Assembly (NCBI RefSeq): GCF_000497125.1
Contig: NC_090599.1
Location: 1,612,001-1,676,000, forward strand
DNA: 64,000 nt
From: Spironucleus salmonicida
Taxonomy: Eukaryota
Reading direction: 5' to 3'
This document shows positions 27,791-39,591 of this stretch, piece after piece. The notes under the pieces are model-generated. The model saw nothing but the letters and a program-made list of their open reading frames with translations. It was not told the origin of the DNA and searched no databases. Numbering within the stretch: the first letter of the stretch is position 1; the number at the start of each line of letters is the position of its first letter. The position numbers were made by a program, and so were the translations under genes.

Positions 27791-28384
27791 TCATTTGCAA
27801 CCTGTTAATATTAATTGATTACCAATATTATTTAAACAAAGTTTCTGTGCTGTTTTCCTAAAAATATCATCAGGATAATTCGAGTTATCTATTTATAGTA
27901 GTGGTTTTTATACTCTTAGCCATGATTATGGGAATGATTATGTTTATTTTTTATTGTCAAAAAATAGGTTTCTGTTATCAGGTAAGTAAGGATAGTCATC
28001 TTCACTAGATTGGGATACAAATTCATGTAAGAATGGACAATCTTATAACTAGCATTTCTAGTTCTATAGATAATGCGTGCAGTATTTTGAAGTTCCATAT
28101 TATGCTTTAATTTGTCGTCCTCCAATAAATGATCCTGAGATTGATAGAATACAATCAAGAGCATCGTTAGCGTCTTTATACAGTACATAAATTTATGAAC
28201 CCCCTTGAATTTTGTTAGGCGTTATCCGTTGTAGTTTTCCATATTAACCGAAGAATTAGTAAGAATCTAGCTACAGATTAGTTAAACTTGGATCTAATCC
28301 TGTGACATAGACTAAATTTTTCTGAGATACTCTTATAAGTTATTTCTATTATAAAGAAAGCAATAGAAATTATTTAAGTAGCAT
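27791..28384 (-). CDS. Not4/CNOT4-like RRM plus CCCH zinc-finger protein lacking the N-terminal RING, 197 aa
   Basis: IRVSQKNLVYVTGL...FFGQYGKL...GRQIKAQYGTSKYCTHYLQNQKCQLQDCPFLHE matches Not4 RVxQKNLVYVxGL, FGQYGKI and GTTKYC...C...C.YLHE. Confidence 0.8.
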
Positions 28385-28625
28385 TGTCGAAAGTGAAAAA
28401 ATAATAATATTATATTGAAATAATGTTTTTATTTTTATTTTCATCATTACGTTGAACGATATATAGAATATTATATTTTTACATGATATATAAAATATTA
28501 TTTAATATTAAACTTAATATAATAAGAATAACTTTATAATAATCTACTGCTTCCACATATTTCTTAAATGTAATAGTATAATAATAGTATTAATGTTAAA
28601 GACTTGCCCACTCCAATTTCTTAAA

Positions 28626-31600
28626 ATGCAGTTAAAATTTAATTAAACTCTATAGCCAACCTCTACTTTTGCTGCTTCCATATCATCAATGGACTGGTCA
28701 CCTGATGGTAAGAAGTTAGCGGCGGCATCTCTGGACCGTCAGATTCACTTCTATAACGAAAACGGCGATCGCGTTGAAAAAATTGGCATGCGAAGTTTCG
28801 ACCTTTAAAAGCCTAATTAGAACTTTATTCCTACTTCAATCTCTTTTTCGAGCGACGGAACAGCCCTTGCAGCAGGTTAGTCCGATTGTGTGGTATACGT
28901 ATTTTCTGTAGGTAAAAATTTCGAAAAGAAGTCAATTTCGAGCCGCTTCCCAGTGCATGCATCTGTAACCGCAGTTTGCTGGATGCGAAGCGAAGACAAT
29001 CCATTACAAAGCGACATTATTGCAGGCTGCTGCGACGGCAGCGTTTACAAGCTAAATGTAGCCAAAAAACAGATCCAGCCACTCTGCAGCTTCCAAAACT
29101 TCACGCAATTGCTCTAAACCAAACAGGTTCCCTGCGATTTACAGGTAGGACAGCCAGGAACCCCAGTTCATAGCATCTTGAGAGTCTCTGACTCCTCAGT
29201 CGTAATTTGTAACGAAAACGGCATTTCAGCGCTCTACGAAAGCGAAAATTAACTCCTCAAAGTCGCTTCCAGACACCAGTCCAACATAACTGCAACGGCA
29301 GTTTTCAGACCCAGAAACGTCGACAAACCATTCCTGCTAATCTGCGACACGACCGGCAAAATCATCGTAAACGCCGTCGAAACGGGCCAGGCACTCGCCC
29401 AAGTGCAAGTGAAGACGCCCTACCACACGATTTTCACCTCCGCGGTCGGAAATCCGGCTGGAAACGGCGCGCTCATCGCGTGCAGCTACGGCGTGTACTA
29501 CATAAGCCTCCAAAGCGTGAACCCCATTTCGCTCATTGGCGACCTCTCCAGTTCGCTCGAAATCGCCCTCGCAGACGGGCCCCAAACGACGATTTCCGCG
29601 CTCGTCTGGAAGCCCGATTCGAGCCAAATTAACGTCAGCAACTCGAGCGGCGGAATTGACATGCTGAGCCCGAGTTTGAGCAGTTCGACATATTGCGGCG
29701 TTGACGTCACGAACACCGCGCCCAATAAAGCTCAGCTTTTGCTCAAAAACTTCAACTCCAAAAACTTGAATTTGCAGGCCGGCGTTTTAGAGCTTTTTGC
29801 GAGCCAAAGCACGGAAATGAAGAGCATAAAATCGTACCCGAAAACGCTATTTGTGGACGCCGTGAAAACCGGAAATTGGAGCTAATCGATGTATTTGGTC
29901 GGTTACGGTGATCGCAGCATTTGCATTTACAGCTTCGAAATGGACATGATTTCGGAAATTCAGATCCAATTGGGACACGCTGATAAGCTCTATTTCGATG
30001 TTGGCGTAAAACGCGTTCTTGTGGTCGCAAATATGCAGTTGGGTGAGTTTACGGTCATTTACCTTCCACAATTGGCCAATTAGCAGCCGATTATGTTCAC
30101 AACGATCAGGTAGTGCTCATTTGCTGCTAAAACTGTTATTTCGTGCTCGCCACAATTTGACACTTCAAGAAAATTCGTTTTGGTGAGCCATTTGGGTGAA
30201 GATAGACAGGAATTCGTTATCACTGAATTGACTCCACCAGATCAAGCTGATGACTTTTCGGAGCCAATTTCGATTATTGCTAGAATCAAGCATACAAGAA
30301 TTATCGACTGGATCGACATGTCCCCAACGGGAAAATTCGTAATGGTTCGCGATGTTTCTGGCGCAATTTTGATTTATTCAATTGAAACTCAAAAAATGAT
30401 TGATTTATCACCTACTTTAGGTAATGGAATCATCGTTTGGGCGTGCCCATTTGACGTAATTGTTGCCCAGGAGTAGGCTGACGCGCCTATTTTAGTCTAC
30501 TATAACCCGGGAGATTCTGATGACAAACCAGATCTTTTACAGGTTCCTACAGATAATGGAGGCTGGAACTTGTAGTATTTGGATTCTTCGCAGGTGGCGC
30601 TTTCTGGAGCCCGCCAAGCAGCTAATATTTTTGCTATTGTTTCGCGTGCTGATGGGGAGAGAAAATTGTAGTTATAATTGGACGGCGATCTTCTTTTGTT
30701 CAACATGCTTTTATAAAAATAAGAGGTCAATGGTGCTTGTATTTTGCTTTCCAAATCTAATTCTACTAATAAGAATTAGTGGATGCGTTTGTGTCAGTTA
30801 GCTTTGCAATAGCATCAGTTTATGGTTGTTAGCAGATGTTATGCTGCTTTGGGAGATTTAGGACTTTCAAAGTATTCTAGATAAGTTTTCAATGAAATAA
30901 AACAAAACTCAAAATAGTTTGAATCAGAATACGTTTAATAAACTTATTGTGAGGCTTAGGTCTGTTTAATTAAAGGCGATCTGGATGGATACGAAAAGTT
31001 TATTGTTTAATGTGGTAAAAACGAAGAGGCTCTTAAAATGTATCGTGAATTGAAGCTGTACCATAGAGCCGAACATATTTGCAATGAAAACGAAAAAGAA
31101 TAACTTTACTAAGAATCTATTGATTGGCTGATTTCGACTTCCTAATCTACACTTGCGGCATAACTCAAGGCCTAGAAAGGCGATTTCCGCGGTGCCTTAG
31201 AGCTTTTGATGAACGATAGAGCTTATTTAGCTGCTTTTGAGCTATGTGTCAGAATTCTTTAACAAGATCCCGACGGTTTATCTCAACATGCTGTGGAAGC
31301 GTTAGCATCTAATTTAGAGTAGGCTGGCCACTTTATTCAATCTGCTTACCTCTGTAAGATGTCCCCAATTAAAGATTCAATGCGCGCTCTGGCATTATTC
31401 AGAAGAGGGGCTGCTTATTAAGAAGCTATTTCGCTCGCTCGTCAAACCCTTCCAAATGAATGTATTTACATCGAAAAAGAATGGGCTGACCAGCTAGTTA
31501 CAACTGGACATTATGATTAAGCAGTTTAGCATTATATTGAGGCTAGAGAAACACGTAGAGCAGTAGATGCCGCATTGAAAGCTAATGACTATGATACCGC

Positions 31601-34265
31601 CGAGCGTTTACTTCAAAACTCTTAAATTGAAAATAGCATCGAACTTTGCTTACGTTTAGCCGAAGCAAAATTCCTTTCTGGTGATATTGATGGAGCAGTC
31701 AAATGGTTTGCTTCTGCAGATACTCCACTTCTTGCAGTTGCTGCCTTCACGTCAGTCGGAAGATACCAGGAAGGCGTCAACTTTGCCGTTTAGAACTTCC
31801 CAGGAAGCAACGTTGCTGATGTACTTCTCTAAGAAGCCAGACGTCTTATTTAGATAGAACAAAAACGCACTTACAACACTCAAAACAACTCTACAATCTC
31901 GGCTGCTTCTGTTTTGTAAAGAATGGAAAATATGTCAGCGGTTCACGGAGTTTTGGCTGCTAGAGATCTTCTTTAAGCAGCTGGAATGCATGAGCACGTT
32001 ATAGAATTATTACAATCTAACTAACTTTACGATGAGCTTGTAGTTTACGCTAAAGAACAAAAGGTAAAGAGTCTTCCAGACGTGTTATAATTCGCAGCAT
32101 AGGCCAAGCGTGCTAAAAATGACATGAGAGGTTGTGCAAATCTTTTAGGAGATTTGTGTGTCGAATTATATATGGAATCCTAACAAAACATCAATAGATC
32201 GCAATCTGCTTAAGCAAATTCTTTATTGAAAAGAACACTTTCCGAAGCAACATTAATATTCAACAATTTAAACATGTACGAAGAAAGCATTTAATTAGCT
32301 AAAAAGTGTAACGACGGTGATACGCTGGTTAACGTAGCTATTTAGTGGATTTCTAATCAACCTTCATAGATGCAGAATGTTATTTCTTTGATTTCTAAGC
32401 TAGGAAAACTTGAGTAGACTATCATAAAAGCAACAGAGCAACGCATGTTTGCTATTGCAATGCAATTAGCCGAAAATACTGCAAACCCGGAGACTGCAAA
32501 GATAGACATTTGGTACAGATAGGGCATGATTTTAGAATAAGACATGAAGCTTTAGGAAGCTGAACATGCTTATACAATGGCATAAAGAAGTGCCGAGGCG
32601 CTTCACATGTACATTGACCATAAGCGCTTTTTCGACGCCGAGCGTGTCGCTAATAATATGCCTAGTGGTTAATAGAAGGAGCAAGCAATTCGCATGATTA
32701 AGGAGGGCCGCGCTCGTGCTTTATTAGACGAAGGCAAGTATAAAGATGCTGAACAACTTTATTTAGAATTAGATTAAATTGACGACATAGTTGCTCAATA
32801 TAGTAAGCGTCAGATGTGGTAAGAGGCTCTTAAAATTGCTAAATAGAATGGAAGACAAGACTTGGTTGTTAAAATTTCCGAAGAATTCGCAGATTAAGAC
32901 AACAAGAAGATTAAAGAGAGCGCGGTTATACCGGGAAGCTAGACAGGTCCAAACATGTCTGACATTCAAACCAGAAAGAAGGAATAGAAACCATAGAACA
33001 CCGGCCCAGTCCCGACCACTCTTCGCGGTTAGATAATCTAAGCCGCAAAATCTGGCGGTGAGATTTTCTTGGAATTCTTACTAAAGAGGGCCCACCAATT
33101 ATCTGATCTTGCACTCTAAAAATCGGTTTAGGACTAAAATATAGCTGACGATGTCGCCATAATCGGGTCTTTAATCCCTCATTTCAACTCAATTCCTTCT
33201 AATGAAGAAAGAGCAGTTTATCTCGCAGCCACATATCTCTCCTAAGGTGTTCCGCAGACACTTATGAACGAGAACGATAAGTCTAAATCAACTATTTCCC
33301 CACTTTTCAACAGTTAAATGAACTCTGCCTATCTCCTTACCCTAGCTAAAGCAGTTCTCAGTTTAGAATTCACCGAAGATGACTATATTTCCAGAGTTAA
33401 TAAGCTTGAAGTCCAAAGAGATGGAATTTTCTAGAAAGTTAGAAACATTTTGCTTATGTACAGACAAGCTCTCATGGCCAATTAGAAAGGTCAGCAACTT
33501 GCCTCCCAGAACAAAATACTTATTATCCCCGGTGATGCTGAGCTTTCTAGATGTACTGATGCTATCCATTTAGTTGTTTAGTGCGCATAGTCATTATCTA
33601 ATCCAAACACACCCCAGCAGCTTCGTGAGAAGTGTTAGATTACCTCTTCGTTAGTGCGCTATTGTGATATCATTCCTGTAGACCGCTGTCTTGCTTTAGC
33701 AGGATTGACCTGTAAAAAGTTTTACCAACTCCTCTAAAACGAGACTTCGCCTCAGGCGGTAGCTTTCCGCCGCGCATTTGGAGGCTAGGCTTTTGTATTC
33801 TTAAACCGTCTGTTAGACGTTATTGAGCACCAGCAAACTGGTGCCAAGACAACGGGAGATCTAGATGCTTCAGATATACGCTAAACTGGTATTCCATGGG
33901 ATGTTTCTGTTCCTAGATTAGCTTATATTGGCGAATCAAGTTTAGAAGATGCTCGTGGGTTTGTGATGAATATGTCAGTGTAATAGGCGGACGCTGAATA
34001 AGACTTGCCTATAGAGTCGTGCCCTCACGGTTGTGGAAGCGACAGATGGACAGGAGCTACATCTTGTACAAAGTGCAGAAATACGTCTCCAATTTGTTGC
34101 ATTACTGGACAACACGTTATTAATGCACATTTGAAGACAATTCCTGCTCAGCCAGCTTGTAATGTCTGCCATTCGTATGCCCGCCCAGCACCATGGAACA
34201 ACTATATCTAGAAAACTAAGAGTTGCCCAGTTTGTGGTGAGATGGCAAACCCTATGAGCAAGTGA
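28626..34265 (+). CDS. IFT172: Intraflagellar transport protein 172, 1879 aa
   Basis: N-terminus MQLKFNQTLQP...MDWSPDGKKLAAASLDRQIHFYNENGDRVEK, KKSISSRFP, WD40 then TPR-like helices (AVQHYIEA), SLVRYCDIIPVDR, AFVFLNRLLD and a Cys-rich C-terminus. Ends in AAGTGA. Confidence 0.93.
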
Positions 34266-34712
34266 TGATATCTGCATTTTTTTTAATTAGATATATTTTG
34301 ATCTTAACAGGTTTAAGACAAATATAAGAGATAATATTTAATATGTTAAACTACACTATATTTCTATAAATGATAACCAAGATTAATAATAGGTACTAAT
34401 TATACGAAAAATTTGAAATATTATAATAGAATAATTTTCATATAATATTAATATTCGGGGAAATTTAAGTCTGATTCTGTATAGCTAAGAAAACACACTC
34501 TAGTAAATACAAATTTTAAAATGATAAAACAATGTTTATAGTGAAAAAAAGTAGTACTACTGAATAAAAAATTTAGATAAATTGATATAATTTATCAATT
34601 TATTTTTAGTTAGCAAAATAAATTTAGTATTTGTAAGATTTTAGTAATTTACTTATAAATATAAAATAATCTGATATTATGATATAGTTTTTTAAATATA
34701 AAAATTATTTGT

Positions 34713-35162
34713 TCACTTAAACTTCTCGGAAATAGATTCAACCCACTTATTAAGTACATCTTCTATATTATCTTTTGATGCTCTGTCAAATTTGACTAGA
34801 TCTATCATTCTCTGGCCTCCCAGCTAAGCAAATATTTTATCAGCATTGATGCTAGCCTAATTGTATTTCTTATGTGAGGAGCTTCCAATTCCAAATACAG
34901 CAAACTTTTTATGTTTAACTAAATCTTTTAACTGATCAGTTTATGCAAATAGTAACCCGCCTTTTCTTGCAGAAGAAGGATGGTCACCATCAAAAAATGT
35001 TGAAGTCAAATATATGAAATCTTAATTCATTTATTCCTACTTTATATTTTTAGATGAAATAGGTTCAGAAACGTTAATATTAGCTCCTTTTAATAATTTG
35101 AATAACTTATTTGCTACAGACTTGGTCTTCCCCAATTGGGATGAATAAATAATTTGAATCAT
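34713..35162 (-). CDS. Stand-alone flavodoxin (FMN-binding), 149 aa
   Basis: IIYSSQLGKTKSVA (phosphate loop), LTSTFFDGDHP, FAVFGIGSSSHKKYN, LGGQRM. Ends in AAGTGA. Confidence 0.88.
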
Positions 35163-36793
35163 TTTGTGTACTGTATACTTTACAAAATTTTTATTTTAGT
35201 TATGCTAACCGATTATTAATCAAGTATATCCGATCATTTCTTTTTTTAGATTTATTTGGTTTATAATAAAAATAATTTTAGTAGTATATAATATCTACAC
35301 AATATAATAGATTCCTTGCACCAACTAAATTAATACGTTTTATGCTAGTTTCGTGTAGTAAAATAGAAGATAATATCCTTATAAAATATCAGAGATAGAT
35401 GATAAATAAAATAAATGAGGTCCAGATAAAGTATACGACTATATCAGAGTAATTTAATAAAAATAATTATATCATACCTTCGTTTAACAAATACTTCCTG
35501 ATGTTTCATAAAATTTTTTCTAACAGTTATTCTATTATATCTTCAAGATTTAACATATCTAATACTTAAATTTCTTAAACAATAGCTTGAATTTTTTGGA
35601 TATCTTTTTCAGCAATAACAAAATAACAGTAAATTAATAACAAGGTCTTCGTCAGAGAAGAAAAACCAAGTATTTATTATTTGATACTTTATTTTCGGGT
35701 AATATTAAGTATAATCTTAATAAGAAGATCAAATTCATTCTACTAGAACGTTATATCCTATAAATGAATGAAATTTTAAAATATCTAGATAATCTATTAG
35801 CTCATATTTGCTTAAGTAGCACAGTATGACAACATTTAGAAATTCAGCCGTTAGTTCATAGAGATATACTAATATAGATTCGAAATTTCGCTAAGATTAT
35901 TATTATTAAACTACTCAAGAATAGGGATTATTTGTTTCTGTAAATGTTAAGGTAGTGACGATTGAGTTCCCATTATTTTGTATATAATATATTTCATATA
36001 TTATTGCTAATTAATATAACAAATATAATGTGGTTTAATTTCGGTTTTCAAGATTAAACCTATTATTAACTCTTTAAAGTACCTATATGACATTATCATA
36101 CTAATTATAATAGCTATTTCACATTCTTAATTATTACTTATTAATTTATTTCTGATTAATAACATGTTATTATATAATTTATTTTAATTTATTGTATATG
36201 AGATTTATGAGTCCACAAACTAGCATTTTAAAGAAACATATATACAAAATATTTTTGTTATATAAGTTATTAAATATAAAATAGCAAAAAACTAGGACGA
36301 AATTATTTATTTGAACATATATTATATTTAATCTAAATAGGGAAGTTGATACTATATTATAGCATTAAACTATAAAAATAGAATTATATGAATCTATTCT
36401 GAATTATAATATTATTTTGTAATTATAAATAGTACAGACTTGTTAGAATTAACAGTATCATTGCACCTTTATAATATTTACTAAATATAAGAATGATGCT
36501 TAGATTAATATGAAATAAATAATATGAAGTAATGATAATACTGTAATTTTTAGTTAACATAGATAAAACTAGCCAGTCCAAAATTAAAAAATATATTCCT
36601 GAACAATAATTGTCCCATTCATGATGAGTTATTCCAATAATACTATATTCTATAAATATGATTGATGCTATTAATTTTATTTATTCATTTGCTTTTAAGA
36701 TTATCCAGTTTTAGTTTTATATTAACTAAATTATAACTTTGCAATTATGTGAATATTAAATATATAATATATTCAATATTAAAATTTTAAAAG

Positions 36794-38170
36794 ATGGATA
36801 TTGCAGCCTTTAGAAATATTATCCTCCTACAAAATCCCAATTTACCTCTTGATACATTATATAACCTAAAATTTACACCAGATTTTCTAATTCGTGGACC
36901 CACAGCATAGAGACTATTAATAATTCACTTTCTACTATCTCAACTAGATGTGGAACGGTCAAAAATAGCATTTTAGCATTCAATTACCTCCAAAAACTAA
37001 TCTAGAATAACTCTTACAGACCCAGTAAAATTTAGGTAAATATCACATCTTTGGTTATCAGAGATTCAAAACTAAGCAAAATTTGAAGTTCCAGGAGTAA
37101 GTGATTTATGCAGTGGTAATGCCAAGAATCTTAAGCTTTTATATTAGTTAAGTAAATTTGTTTTACGCATTAAATCACAATAAATTATTCGCGAACTTGA
37201 ATTAACGTAGAATTCACCATTTCACTCATTAAATTAAAATTTTACTTCAGACTCATATGATGCAACAATTCTAACTCTTAAAACTGAGCTGAATTCATCT
37301 TCTGAAGAATTTGAAATTCTTTTAAAAATTAGTGATAAAATGAACCAAAAAATGGCAGATCTTCACAGAAACGGAACAACTTTCATAGAAATAAATGAAG
37401 AAGAATTACATCTAAAGCCTGAGCTTGCTGGTGCTATAAGTAAAATCTAGTAGTTTTACAATTTCAACGAATTGGATTTAACTAGGTAGTAGACTGAAAC
37501 TGTCAATCTAAATGAATTATTACATTTAAGTCAGCTTTATAAGCGGAACAGCTAGTAAATTAACTTATCTGATGTATTTAATGGATAGTTGATCGTAGCT
37601 AATGAAGTTATTTCAAAGTTGCAAAATGATAGCAAATCTAGTTTGAATATAGATTTTAAAAACTAGATATTTTACTAAAAAATGGGCGAAATAGGTGCTC
37701 TGATTAGTTAAAAAATTATTATTTTATAAGCTAAAGTTGACGAAATTTTACCAGAAAAATCTCTTATTTAAAGTTAATTTATGAAAAAGGATAATGTTCT
37801 CAATTTACAGCATTTCTCAGTGCTTAGTGATTTTACAGAGACGGCACGCAATTAACTTAGTGAAATGAACATACATAATATAATAGATATGAATAGTTAA
37901 AACTGCGATACATCAGTTTTCGAAGATAATGAGTTACGATTCTCTATGATGAAAAGTGTAGCAGTAATAGAACATACACCAGATGACATGAATAACTTAG
38001 GAATGTCTAGAACAAAAAGTCAATTTTTAACTGTTAAAGATCTGAAAAATGGGAAAAGCGAAGGAACTCTTGCTAGTAGACTTAAAAGAACAGTGGGGGG
38101 TGAATATGGTATGGAGACTTTTGTGGCTGGAAAAGTTGAGGGTGTGAGGGAGTTTTTAAGGGCCGAGTGA
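36794..38170 (+). CDS. Protein with HAUS6 (augmin subunit 6) N-terminal-like domain plus coiled coil, 458 aa
   Basis: IHFLLSQLDVERSKIAF...KFRQISHLWLSEI...VPGVSDLCSG...LLYQLSKFVL resembles HAUS6_N. In frame with track ORF 37946-38170; ends in GAGTGA. Confidence 0.6.
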
Positions 38171-38769
38171 CATGTATTTTCCAATAGATTTTATTTACAC
38201 ATAGGTTTTTAAAATAATACGTTATTAATATATAATATTAATTTAATTATTATAATAAGATAAAACTTTAGTAGATGTAACAATTATATCATTATGCTTG
38301 TTATTATATGACAGTTAAACTATCATATTAAGTTGATATTTATTATAATAAGATTTATTTTTATTCTAGATTTTTGAAAAATAGATCAACTTGTCTTCAT
38401 TCGATAAGCTAAAAATAATTTTACAGTAATTAAAAATACTCAAATTTCTGTTAAATTTACATTGATGATACGGATAAAAATTTATTAAAATTACTAATAA
38501 ACCACGATAGAATTTTACTTTTTATCAACATAAAATTTACATTTTATCGGGATTAGTCAATCTTACCAAGTTTATAATTGATTTTATAACTTTTTATTTA
38601 CTTTAATATACTAAATTTTCACATACAATAACACCTTCACTTATGGTTTTAGTAATCATCCACTTACCATTAATGTTCATACCCATCCTCACTCACTACA
38701 ATAGTATACATTGCATTATTAATATAATGTACTTATTATTACGTTATATATTACATTTCCCTTCCTAAA

Positions 38770-39591
38770 ATGACAAACATTATTTCGACAGCGTATTGTT
38801 ACTATCTGCGCCAAGAATACACGAAATCAGCAATTCTTCTGCTCTCCATACCAACAATTTCCCTATCCCAATTATTTCTGCTATCAAAAATCGCGCTTGT
38901 TCTCAATAACCTAAAAATCGCCATTTTCGTGCTAACCAAGACCACTGATTACCGGATTTTGGCAAACTTGACCCTTTTCGAGCCTTTGAAGCGCAAAATT
39001 CACCACATTCTGCAGGCCCAGAACCTGCATCCGCTGCAGCAGTGCCATGCGCTGAAGCTGCTCACTCTACCCACCGCAGACGCAAAAAACTACGAGAAAC
39101 TGCTCCATTTCCAGCTTGCCCTGCCACCTAACCTGGCTGCATCGCCGCTTGAGCGCAAGCGTTACAAGGCCTGTGCGGGGCTGCTTCGCGCATTTTCGAC
39201 GCAGCAGCAGGACGCAAAAACCGCGCTGCTGGCGTACTTCCAGAAGCACTTCCAGGGTGCCGGCGATGCGCTTATTGTCGCACTGATAGCTCTGGACCAG
39301 CGCTTTGTGCCGCTTTTCACGCCCTGCAGGACGCTGCGGCTGGCGCAGAGCCTGCACGGCGGGGACTTCGCTGCGCTGCGTTCTCTGGGCGACTGGGCGC
39401 TCAGTTTAGAGGAAAAGCGGCTTCTGGGGCTGATTTTGCACCGGAAATTCGGGCCGAATTTGCAGGTTCTGGGCGGGTGGAACGCGGACGTCCGGGAGGT
39501 GCTAATTATGGCGGATTTGAGCGCTGTACTAGTCGATTCGGACGGCGCCTGCGACGTCGGTTTGCTCGAGCGCGCGGTGGGGCGGTAGTGA
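38770..39591 (+). CDS. Hypothetical helical/TPR-like protein, 273 aa
   Basis: Track ORF plus TAG(Gln)-TGA. N-terminus AYCYYLRQEYTKSAILL...FLLSKIALVLNNLKIAIFVL looks TPR-like. GC-rich. Confidence 0.75.

Noticed and set aside
35342-35829. Possible gene(s) between the flavodoxin and HAUS6-like genes
   Set aside because: Only short or ATG-less frames in very AT-rich DNA with no motif; with a single stop codon such frames arise by chance.
3-38170. Functional cluster of cilia/microtubule genes (EF-hand WD40, DUF4485, CFAP20DC, IFT172, HAUS6-like)
   Set aside because: They are interspersed with unrelated genes on both strands, and cytoskeletal genes are abundant in flagellates; no enrichment test is possible here.
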